A stretch of DNA of 64,000 nucleotides from Paramecium tetraurelia (lineage: Eukaryota). Location of the stretch: the NCBI GenBank assembly GCA_000165425.1, contig CT868658.1:124001-188000 (forward strand), written 5' to 3'. The notes beneath the pieces are model-generated. The model worked only from the letters and a program-made list of their open reading frames with translations. It was not told where the DNA came from and did not search any database. Positions 15,252-27,142 of this stretch are shown in pieces. The position numbers and the translations under genes are program-made. The number at the start of each line of letters is the position of its first letter. Within the stretch, counting starts at the first letter, position 1.

Positions 15252-18200
15252 ATGATATTTGCCTTTTTTTGTTTGGCATTTCAAGGCTAAGCCTATTTGA
15301 GTTTAGAATTAGGTCAGACATATAATGAGTATCATATACCATATAAATAGTGCTATTGTGCCCTGGCAAGGTGAGACAAATTACAAATATTACCAAATTG
15401 ATATAAAGAAAGCAATTAGAGATAGAGATCTAATAATAGTTGTGAAGCAGCAATCCACAATAGGAAATCCTGATATTTACATTTCATCCTTGGGTCAAAA
15501 GCCTAATAAAACATATTCAGAATTTCAATGCAATTCTCAAGGAATGGGTAATTCAATTGATGAATGATTGTAGACATCTGCGTGATTCCATAACCTGAAA
15601 ACAAGACTTATTATTTGGCAGTTTATTGTGAAGATTATTGCAGATATAATTTAAAGGCTGTTTATTAAGATGAATTAATGATGACAAATTGTATGTATTA
15701 TTCATGAATTATAGCCGACGACTTGGAGTTTAAGTTGAATAATACTAGTTGGACTGAAATAATTAGAATCAATATAAATGAGTTAATATAATACCCAGTT
15801 AAATAGAATTAAAATTTAGAAGTGGCAGTATAAATCAAAAATGTTGAAATCTTGTAGGAATCTTTCCAATCTTTTATGAATTTTGGAATGCAAAGACCAT
15901 CTCTCTAAAAATATGATTACAAGGGATTGGACACATTCTCAGGGATGTAGAAATTTAAGATTAACAACATAAAGGCAAATCAAACTTATACCCTTTTAGT
16001 GGAAGCCTAATAAGGAGCAATTGTGTACATAAAGACAAGGACATATGGATCCACAAGGTATATCAATGTGGGAGAATCAATTGAGGATGTTATTTAAGAG
16101 AATGAATTTGCATTCTATATATTGAATGTTACTGCTGATCACGAGTTGTTTTATTCAGGATAACTCATTTTGAATATCCAGTTAATATCCTTCAAAGGTT
16201 ATCCAACAATGTATGTTAATCTTGATGAAAATCCAGTATCTTTAGAGGATTATTATTGGAAATTACATGACGGAGTGACTGATGACTTGATTATTACCAA
16301 CGAAGACTTGAGTCGCTTGAAAGCCAAAGGGCTCTATGTTTATATAGCCATCTAAGCCAAAGAGTCTGTTGCAACGTTTGAATTGAAATCATAAATGCTC
16401 AACCCTGATTTAATGGTAATGGAATTAAACAAGCCAGCTATTAGCAAGATGAGCAAGTCTAAATATCATCAATATAAATTCTTTATCAAAAGCAATAAAC
16501 AACAAAGTGTTAGTGTTAGTCTAAAAAATATAAGAGGAGATGCTGACATCGTTCTAAAACCTTGCAATGAATTCTGGACTTGTATTTTTAGTGAAGAGGA
16601 ACATTAATTTATCAATTCTCAGAATTTCAAAAATAACATCACTGAAAATTAATATTATTACTCATTCAAGTAAAATTGAAACTTATTATGATAGTCCTGG
16701 AAATGACATCATCATTTTCGATTATCTACCAGTCAATTGCAGATCCTATGAGAATGTACATATGTGTTTCTATGCAATATTGATCCTCCCAGGTGAGTAT
16801 AATGTTGATGATGAATTAACCTATTCTATTCTAATAACAACCAAACAAGATAACATTATTTTAAAAGAAAACACCCCCATTAAACAATTTGTATTCCATG
16901 AATTCTACAACTATTATAAATTCACAGTGAATGATGGCGATTACATTAAGAGATTGTTCATCTAATTAACACCTATTTAGGGATAACCAAAGCTATTTAC
17001 ATCTAGAACTCAAATGTCACCAACAAAAGAAGAAAATGAACGTCAAGGTGTTCTTAATTAAGTCCTTTATGGAGACAACACTGATTCAGAATCTGTTAAT
17101 GGAACTATATACATTGGAGTCTACGGAGAGACTGCTAGTTAATATATTATTACTGCAATAGTGTACAGAAAGTAAGAAGACTGGGGGACCATTGGTAAAT
17201 ATGCCCATCAATACATATAATTGATTGAAGGTTAGCCCTAAGAAATTGTTACTGTGTATTCTACTGATGTTTAACTATTCAAAATCGATCTAAGTGGATA
17301 CAATGCTCATAATTCAGCATCTCAAAATCAGATGAAAGTGTTTTTAAGAATCAATTCTGGGTAATTTAAGATGTATGGATTTGATCATCCAGAGACTGAC
17401 ATTAAAACAACTAATCTAACTGGATCCAACTAATTAACATTCACCAAGGCAGCCTATCCATAGTATCTATTCATTAGAGTTTAGATTCATCATTCTTATA
17501 CTTATCCACTCTACTCATATAAGATTAATTTTAAAGCCAGTTCCTAGCCTATTGAATTAGTAATTGGAGATAACTATTAAGGGTTCATAGAGCAGTCTGA
17601 TAAATAATTGTTCTTTGTAAACTTCTATAAAAAGGAAGATTTATATTTCAATCTTCACCCTCATAATAGTGATGAATCCATTTTGTCAGCCACTATTAAA
17701 ATTTAAGATGATATTATTATTATGAAGGACTAAAGCATGATACTCAATGCTAATTAAATGAAATTTGAAAATTGCAAGAGAACTGAAGAGATAGTTTCAT
17801 GTTCCATTTCTATCGAAGTGGAATCAAAAGAAGATACTTATTATTCCTTTTTGGTCTCAAAAGAATCCTAAATCATTAATCTATATAATGAAGAACCCAT
17901 CACAAAAACAATTGCAAATAAATTGGATTTTTTCACATTTCTAATAACTGAAGAAACAGAAATAGCATTATATTCATTTACAGCTAACATTAGAATTTTA
18001 GTGAATATCATTCAACTAAACCCACCAGCTTTAGAGGATTTTCCCACTAATGATTACAATTCGTAGTTTCAGTCCTTAAATGATAATATCAAAATTGAAA
18101 GTTCTGTTTTTATTTCCTTAGATGAGATCGAAAAGTTGAATTGCAATAATATTATATGCTATGCTGCAGTCACTTGCACTCAGGCAGATCCATCAAATAA

Positions 18201-20695
18201 AGATAATCATGAATATACAATATTGCGATCATCTGGGGCGGTTAAACTATATGAAGGATTTGTTTATTCTGGTAAGATTAGTTCAAAAATAATCAAATAT
18301 TTTAAAGTAGTAGATGTTAAAGAATCAATTGGTTTGCAAATCTTTGTCGCTAAAGCTCAGATAAATGTGTTAAACATATTAGTAGGTATTAATTAAATGC
18401 CAACTGAGAAGCTTTACGATTATACTTCTGGCTTCAATTATGGGGATTATTTATTAATTCCTCCAAAAGACAATTCAGATCAAATCGTAACTTATTAGTA
18501 TTTAATATTTAAATTATCATAGCATTGGTGTTTTTGCATTTTAAGAATAAACTATGTCCATTTAAGTTAAAATGGGACTTGCACGTTTTTATAACATTTT
18601 AATCCAAAAACCATTTAGTTTAAATCTACCTCATAATTCGTAAACCTTCTTATCCTTTACTGTTGGTCCCCATGACTCTTTTCGCATTATGATAAGTTCA
18701 AATTCTCTAATTGATTACATAAAACCAAAAATTCACATCAAACGCTATAAAAAGGAAGAATAATCATAGGTCATGAATGATATACAACTTGAGTATATAT
18801 AATTATATATGCAGATATGATTGGAAAATAGAAGACTATTTCTTGGAAGTTCCAAGTGTTTCAGAACAGCATTGTGAAAAATGCTTGTATCTGATGTATT
18901 TGGAAAATAACTATTAGGATATCCAACTAACCATTACAATTGCGAAGAAGAATAGCTTAATTCAGATGCAAGACAATCTTGAAATCAAGAGTTAACTAAA
19001 CACCTAAGAATTTGATAGATTCCTATATATTCCTTATAATTATGGGGATTTCTATTTGAATGTGACAGTTTTTAAAGGGAAAATCTATTTGTTCGAAAAA
19101 AAAACTGACTTTGATAAAGACTATTCTGTACATCGTCTATCTCTTGAAGAAAATGACGGGACAGTCGATTATTTGAACAACTAAGTAGCTAGTCGGGAGG
19201 GTATTCATGCCAATCGCTCCTTGTTTATAAGCAATGTGAAACCAAAATACAATCTATCAGTGTATGAATTCAAAGTATTTTCTAACTCCTCCTCTTAAAC
19301 AGTTTACTAAATTGAAATCATAGATTAAAATCAAGCAATTGAATTGAAAGTTGGGCAGCCTTAATTAATTAAGATTAATTTACAACAATAGGCTCGATTA
19401 TACTTTGTTATTCCGAATAAAATTGATAATTACAGTGACGACTACTATTCTATAATAATTGAAATTGCAGCTGTTGTATATGATAAAATTATTCGCGCAC
19501 CAGGAGTAACCTTGAAACAAGATAGATACAACAATCGTGACATTCAATCTGATTATCATGATTTTGTTGATGTTTAAATATCTCTCCTACAAGAATTAGA
19601 TACAATTACTTATATCTAGATACCTAGTATACCAGGTCTCTATTTCCTGACCTTAACTCCATTGGAAATGGCTCATTACCCCTACTCTATAATGTTGGGA
19701 AACAAAGATTTTAATATCCTAACACCTAAGTCAAATAGGCTGATTAGAGCAAAAGTTGGTGAATAATCAATCTGGGAAATTCACCTTCAAGAGACCTCTA
19801 ATCTATTTATACAAGCTTAATTGTGTGGAGGAATTGTCAACATTTTTGGGAGTTCCTCTAGAGACGATCTCAATTTGGGTTTTTATCAAGACAAAATAGA
19901 CTCCATACAAGATAAACAATTAATTGGAACAATTCAATCTGTCAAGCCTAATATTTATTACTTAAATGCTAAAACTATCAAAAGTACAACATCTAAGGAC
20001 TTTATTTCTTTTATATTAAGATTGGACATTATAAAAAATGACACTGAAATTCCTACAGATCATTTCTATCCTGGAGATGGGGGAGAGTTTAAATTATCTT
20101 ATACAGATAATTATTTGTATGCCTACTTCTCTCCAATTTAATCTTCTGAAAAGTCAAGTTAAAATTATGTATTAGAGAGCATTACTTATACTTTCATCTA
20201 TTAAAACCAGAATTTAAGTGATAATGCGCAATTAGATAAATGCAATCAAAATGCCCAATATCATTCGTTGACTATCAAAAGAAGTAAACATAACCCTTTA
20301 ACTACTCTGACCTAAAAAAATTATCATGGATCTGATATTCAAAAAGTGCTAGCCACCATATAAGCCACTGGTATATCAATATCATTATTATTTTAGTGAA
20401 TATAAAGACTAAAAATTATGAGAGATTAAAATTATCGTACTTCTATAAAACACAAATATTGGAATAAAACATATTAACAAATTCATATGCTGACGAAATT
20501 ACAAGGGGAATGTTTATCGTTTTGATAACAGTGTTATTAGCTGGATTATTCTTATTGATCATCAAATATAGAAATCTTAGATCGATGTAAATATTATACT
20601 ATTTTATAAGGACTAAATATGAAGCTTAAACTTAAGTGTCTAATCCACCACAAGAACAGTAAATTGAGATGCATTATACAAATTTAAGTTTGTGA
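15252..20695 (+). CDS. large type-I membrane/surface protein (~1700 aa) with repeated beta-rich (PPC-like) modules
   Basis: Signal peptide MIFAFFCLAFQG; repeats GNPDIYIS, GYPTMYVN, GDADIVLK, GQPKLFTS; TM helix MFIVLITVLLAGLFLLII near 20510-20565; short tail; multiple ~22-25 nt introns. Confidence 0.8.
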
Positions 20696-20826
20696 TTTTT
20701 TTAATTTATTTTATAAATCAATTATATTCATGTTTTTACTTTCAGTCTGTTAACTAATTAATTTAATACAAATATTCGTAAATACATTTAAATACTATAT
20801 AAGGTTTTAATTATTAAAAAATCTAA

Positions 20827-21036
20827 ATGAATCTGCAAAATTTCAATTAAATAACACTTACAGCATCGAAGTTTTGGAAAATTGAATTAAACAAATCAAA
20901 CAAGGTAGAGAAGGAAATATCAACTAAATGTGGCTGTCATGATTTGGAGTCATCATTGATAGAAATTTCAACAAATAAAGTGCAACAATATTTATTCCCA
21001 CAGGAAGAAAACACCAATCTATGTTAGGATTCTTGA
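20827..21036 (+). CDS. small hypothetical protein (69 aa)
   Basis: ATG-to-TGA ORF MNLQNFNQ...KCGCHDL... after an AT-rich leader; no recognisable motif. Confidence 0.35.
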
Positions 21037-21302
21037 TATATATCTTGATTATTTCAATAGATTTTAAACATTCCTAAAAGATTATATTCTTGAATTCAAA
21101 ATAATATTATTATTGGTTAATTTCAAAATTAATATAATAATTTTTTCTGGTTCATTCAATAACAAAGTGCTTTTTTTCAAGATAAGGAGATAGATCAACA
21201 TTTCTTTTTATTAGTTTTTGAAAACGAATAATTATTTAATTTAAATATAATTATTCGTAGTGTTATTTTAAAAATTTATATTCATTAATTTGATTACAAA
21301 AA

Positions 21303-22099
21303 TCAGTCTTAAGATTCTGACATTTATGAATCTAAATCTTTGTCTGAATGCTATTCATCTTCATCATCAATAATATCCTCTTCCTCATGAATTTTCTCTG
21401 CATAAAGTGATTCTGTTTTGTGCTATATGCCAACAAGTTTTTCTAAATCCATAATTCTCTTATGTGAAAATAGAATAGATTATCTAATTTTATTTGATTG
21501 AATACTGAATCTGCAGCTTCTCTCTATTTAATGCTTCGATCTCCCTCATGAGTTTGTAATTCTCATTCTTTTCTTCGTGCAATTTCTCCTTCAATTTACC
21601 ATGAAATACCTTGAGCATAGGCTAGAGCTCTCTTATATTGGTAATGTTGTCATTGTTAATTTTTTCATTCATCGCTTTCAATTCTTCCTAGATTTTGAGT
21701 AGATTGATTACTTCAGTCTTCTTTATTAATTCCTTATACTCAGCTAATGAATCTTAGAGCTATTTGATGGATGTTGTATAAAGTGTACTCATGGCTGCTA
21801 CATTATCGCTAGCACTCATTCTGGTTTTGTATTTCTCATCTAAGTTTACAAACTATTTCGATTTCTCATCATAGATGTCTGGAGGTTCATACAGCTATCC
21901 CATCCCAGCTCTAGCAAGGACATGAGACACTGACTTGCTGACTTCATCTCCTTGGAGGAGCTAAGCTGTTACATTATCAAACCTTTAGAGATTTTTAATT
22001 AGTAAGCATTATGTCTTTTGGAAGGTAAGGACCATTATTCTATCCAAGATTCAAACTGTACAACCCTCCTTACTTGCTTGGCTTATCTTAGGTTCTCAT
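21303..22099 (-). CDS. hypothetical coiled-coil protein with acidic tail
   Basis: MRTQDKPSK...; heptads ending RIMDLEKLVG; EEEDIIDDEDE tail; one 22-nt intron. Confidence 0.75.
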
Positions 22100-22137
22100 A
22101 TAATTAATAAAAATAAATATTAATATAATGTGGTATG

Positions 22138-23938
22138 TCATTAGAATATAGAGTCTTTAAAGTAGTTTTCCTTGCTTCTTAGGGTTTATTGCCCATTTTG
22201 TGGTCGCTTTTCATAGACTGATCTTTGAATTCCTCTTTTTTAATGATCCTTGGATGGTACATCAAACTATTCTGCTCTTTCATAGTGCAGATCAGGATCA
22301 TAAGATCTCGGAATAAATGGTGCTCTTTTCGGATATTGAATAGGTTCTGATTGCTTATCTCTCAGCTAAGGGGATTATTGATAGAATTTATACATTTTCA
22401 CTATCATAATTTGGGATATGATAATTAGGAGTATCTGTCCCTGAGACAGGTTTAGTCTATTGAAAATCAGGATGGTTTGGATGTTTTCTTGGAGGTCTAT
22501 CGTAATAGTGTTGATCTTGTTCATCATCAATTTAATCTCTATAATATTATTCTGGAATGAATGGGGCAGGTCTTGATTAAGGTGGATGAGGTAATAAGGG
22601 TGGCTATTATGAATATTATGGATATTGAGGTTAATGTGACTATTGTGGATGTTAAGGTTATTATGGTTATTATGGTTACTATAGTTATTGTGAATATTAT
22701 CGTTAATGTTGTTAATGTGGATTTACTTAATGTTATTGTTAATGTGGATTAAATTAAGGTTGATTGAATTGATTTTATGGTACTTAAGGTAATTAGTGGG
22801 AGGGTAGTTAATGGGAAGGTAATTGATTTAATGGATGACCAAATTAATGTGGATAAGCTGGAGGTGGTGAATCAAATTATGGAGGAGGTGGTGGCTAAGG
22901 GGAATTGAGGGAGATTTATCCTTGGAATTATGGAGGAGGAGGGGGCATTGTCATAGTTGGGAAGTCTTTGGGTGTATAATTAAAGGGTTGTAGTGGAAGA
23001 TGAGGAGGTGGAGGTGGTATAGGGATTTCTGTGGGTTTGTTTAGAATTTTTGGTGGTGACGATTGGAGTTATGACCTCACTGAAGTCAATGGGACTTGTT
23101 AATAAGCAGGAACAGTAGGCATTCTGGCGATTTAAGCAGATGTAGGAATCATTTATAATTGAGGAGGTCTTGGGATTACAGTTTATTATAAAATAGGTGG
23201 TTATTGAACAACAGTTGGAACCATGTGTACTTCTTTGGGAGGTGACAGTCTTACTGTTCTTTCTGGTGAAATAGTTTCTGTAGTGACTGGTACATATTCT
23301 GTTATTTCGTGAGTGACAGGAACTTGAATTTTTTTGATTCTAGTTTCGTATTCGATAATTTTCTTTTCAACTGGGATGTATTCTGTAATGGTTTCAGGTT
23401 ACAAGTTTGTAAAGTCAGCCAAAGATTGCTGTTGCTGGAGTGCAAAGTCCTATCTTGCCTATTCAGATTAAGCTGTTTAATTTATCATAAGATTTTGTAA
23501 TTGATTTTGGAGCATGTAATTGTGGTGATGCATTTGAAGCATTTATTGAAATTATTCATTCCATTATTGTTACATCATCTGTTATTACAGATTCTATTAT
23601 AGTTATCTTGATCTGATCTACTAGTCATCTTATTATTATTATGGCTGTAATTGTTATTGTTATGGAGAGCCTAGCTCTTGTTGGTTTAGCAATTATTGTG
23701 GTTATTGTTATTGTTATAGCAATTGTTGTGGTTATTGTTGTTGGTATTACATTTAATAATTTTGAGTTGCCATTAATGGATTTTAGAGCTAGGAGAATGT
23801 CGGGGGATAGAAGGTGATTGGTTGAGGTTTGATGCTCATTTGACTTGGTTATTGGATATATTGGGACTCAACAGTCTGACTGGTGTATTGAGGTAGTTGA
23901 GACATTTGTTATTGTTACTGTTAATTAAATTAAATCAT
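22138..23938 (-). CDS. Gln/Pro-rich epiplasmin-like cortical protein
   Basis: TEYIPVEKKIIEYETRIKKIQVPVTHEITEYVPV flanked by Q-, P- and H-rich low-complexity arms; one 28-nt intron. Confidence 0.7.
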
Positions 23939-24054
23939 GCTTTTGCTCAGTTGAATATTTTTGTTATAATATATAAACTCATAAGTTAGATTCCTTCATA
24001 ATAGTATAATCATAATATAATGCTTCCTATTGCTCAATTATAATATTTATAATA

Positions 24055-26113
24055 ATGAAAAAAGAACGTCAATCTTTACTCTCAAATGAACCTTTCAAAA
24101 TAGGGGACAACCCTTACAAAGCCTATTTGGTGCTGAAACAACCTCAATTAGATGAACCTGAAAAGGCCCAATTTGTTCATTAGCTTAACGAATCTACCGT
24201 ATAGGCAAAGGACCAATAGTATTAATTCAGTGGAGTCTTCGCAAACAAGAACTCGAATGAAGACATCTACAAGGCGGTGTTTAGGGATTTGATTTCGCAT
24301 TTCTTGGCTGGTGAATCTCATATGATTTAGATCTTGGGGGAACGACATTCTGGAAAGGCTACTCTAGGTATTGGGAATATGAGAAATCCTGGACTAGTGC
24401 TTCTTATTATGCAAGAGATCTTTAATTTTATTGAGGAGAAATTCCTGGAGAATAACATCACCATAAAAATGAGTGCATTCGAGTATGATGAAACTGGTTT
24501 CAAAGATTTGTTGGTCTTGGATTCACAACCCTTTATGCCAGTATTTTAGAATGGCCAAAATTAATTGCTTGGGATTCCAGAAGTCATCATAGACAACTAC
24601 CTCCTAGGGATGAAAATATTAAGAATTGCTATGGTCAATCTAATTAACAAAGAATAAAACATCCTGAGTCAAAAATTTGTAGACAGACACAAAAGAACTA
24701 ATTTAATTATTGAGTTAAAGGCTGAGATCAGTCCTAATGATGATATTAAAGAATAAGTGATTATTTCCAAACTCAAGATAGTTAAGTTTAGCGGTACATT
24801 TGAGTTCGGATAAATATATAAGACGATGGCTGATCTGACTACCAAAAGACGAAAACACGTAGATGTGCCATTCAAAAGTGTAGAATTGTTAGACTACTTC
24901 CGAGACTATTTGTTAAATCAAAAATAAACTGTTTTCATATGCATAAATAGCGATAGTGTGGAGAGTGTTAAATTTGGATAGCTGATTGGATAAATAATGA
25001 ATAAGTCTCAATTCTTGACCTTCTCCATTTATTAACAGAATGCTCAATTAAAGGATATTATGAGCAATTAATATGAATCATTAAATTTGTTCCATAAAGA
25101 GTTTTGTCAATACAACGAGAGTAAAAAGGAGAGAGGCAAGATCATATTTAGCATTCTGATTGGAATGGCGAATCTCTTTAAATCAATGTTGAAATTATTT
25201 GATCAAGCGAGTGAAATCAAGTATAAGTTGAATTGTTTATATTCTCAAGTTATAAGTTTTCATTGTTCCAAATACAATAACATTATCAATACTGAAGATT
25301 GTAAGGAATTCTATTTGGCCAAAATTCAATTGTATGCGATTGAACAAGTGTAAACAGTTGAATCGACTTGTTAAACTTTGGCAATAGAGCTCCTTAATGA
25401 TTTAATTCTGAAGAATCAGCAACTGATTAAATTAAGAAAGGAGATGATACAGTTTGGCAAACAATTTAACAAGTATCAATAATTATCTTAGTATGATTTA
25501 CAAAGACTTAATAATACTCATTAATTAGTAACAAAACTGTTGATTATTTTCGATCAACGATTAGGCTATAACATCCTCAATCAGATAGATCTAAAATACT
25601 ATCAAATGTTCGACAATGTGTTGGACATCGCTTCACTCTATAAAGAAGATGTGTAGATCTAAAATTAGGATGCTCAAAACTAAGTCTAGACTTAGAATTT
25701 AAAAAAGCAAACCTAATTGAATACTACCAAATTCTTTAAGCCCACTTTACCTAGCAAGAAAGAGCCTCCCTAGAGACAAAGATTTACAGATGTGGTGTAG
25801 CAGTTATTCCATGATGAAAACACAAAGGAGTATTATTCAGCTAAGTCTGTGTTTGGGTTGACGAAAATCAATGATCAACCTCAGATGAGACAGACGGTGA
25901 AATCGGAACTATTTGATAAATTACAATCTCGGCAAACCAATAATATCAAGGCCATAGTGTTGGAGGAGCAGAAGTATAGGTAGATTTTAGTGGTAACGTG
26001 TTTAGGTTCTTTAGATCAACAGGAGTGGGATTCATCAAGAATTCATACAGAAGTGGGAGTCTGAGAGCTCATTCGTAGATGTTGCCTAGGATCGTCTAGT
26101 TCGAGAGTGTTGA
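24055..26113 (+). CDS. divergent kinesin-fold protein with degenerate nucleotide-binding motifs
   Basis: YQFSGVF...NEDIY, GERHSGKA, NPGLV, KMSAFEYDETGFKDLL and VPFKSVELLDYFRDYL in kinesin order. The 3' end assumes a 22-nt intron (otherwise stop near 26063). Confidence 0.7.
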
Positions 26114-26194
26114 TCATACTAATTAAAATTAATAATTTTGATTGTTTTAGAATATTTCTTTGTTTCTTTGTGAAATAAATTGGTATTAATAAAT

Positions 26195-27078
26195 ATGAGC
26201 ATAAATAACTAATTACTTAAGATGGTGCAAGATGTAAATAATTTAAGATGCAACTTTACAGATTTAAGTGGTTATCAAGAGTGACTTCGAACTCAAGCCC
26301 AATTTGGATGACATTCTCAAGATTCTTAAGTAGCAGGTGGCTATTTTGCTCGAATTAGTTCAACAATAAAAAGGCGTAGACTACGACCAACTGGAGAGAG
26401 CAGTTTAAAAGGCAGAGGCTGAAATTCGGAATCACGTGCGAGTAATATATTAGGATAATTTGCCAGTTAGAATAACAAATGAAGTTATATTCGGATAGTT
26501 TGCAGGAGAGGATCGATTAATTGGAGAAGGAGAAGTTAGAATTATTGGAAAAGGTACCTATTAAGTTATCAATTCAAAGAATAAAATTTTGACAACAGGT
26601 CAGGAACGAAAGATCTCTTCTCAGAACTAAACCAGGGAGTCAAGTCCCAGTTTGTTTAAAAAATCGTACATTTTGGGGAATCAAGTGTATAACAGATAGC
26701 AGGGCAATCAACAGGAGGGGTAGGTTTCAGTGGTTCAGAATTGCGATAGTCAATAAACAAGAGAGAGACGAAGTTCTGGGACGTAGCACTCGTACATGAT
26801 GATGAAGAACATGTAAGAACCAAATGTATTGAGTAGTCGTGAGAAGGTGAATATGAATGCATCGCAGGAGAAGGTTAGTGATAAGAGTTCTACGATTCTG
26901 AAATCTCAAAATAGCACTTCTTTGTTGAAGATGTACAACATCCAGAAACTCATCATTAAAAATCAATAGGATAAGCAATTGCAATAACTAAAGAAGTAAT
27001 GTTGGTGTTGTTATTAAACCTAGCAAAACTATCAATCAGATCTTAGATGACTCTCAAGCAACCAAAAAGAAACCTTGA
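26195..27078 (+). CDS. ciliate-type coiled-coil protein
   Basis: YDQLERAVQKAEAEIRNHVRLEQQMKLY motif; about five 25-29 nt introns. Confidence 0.7.
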
Positions 27079-27142
27079 TTTATTAATCGTTATCTCATAA
27101 TATATAATTTATACCGTTCAATTATTTTAAATTTAAACTCAA

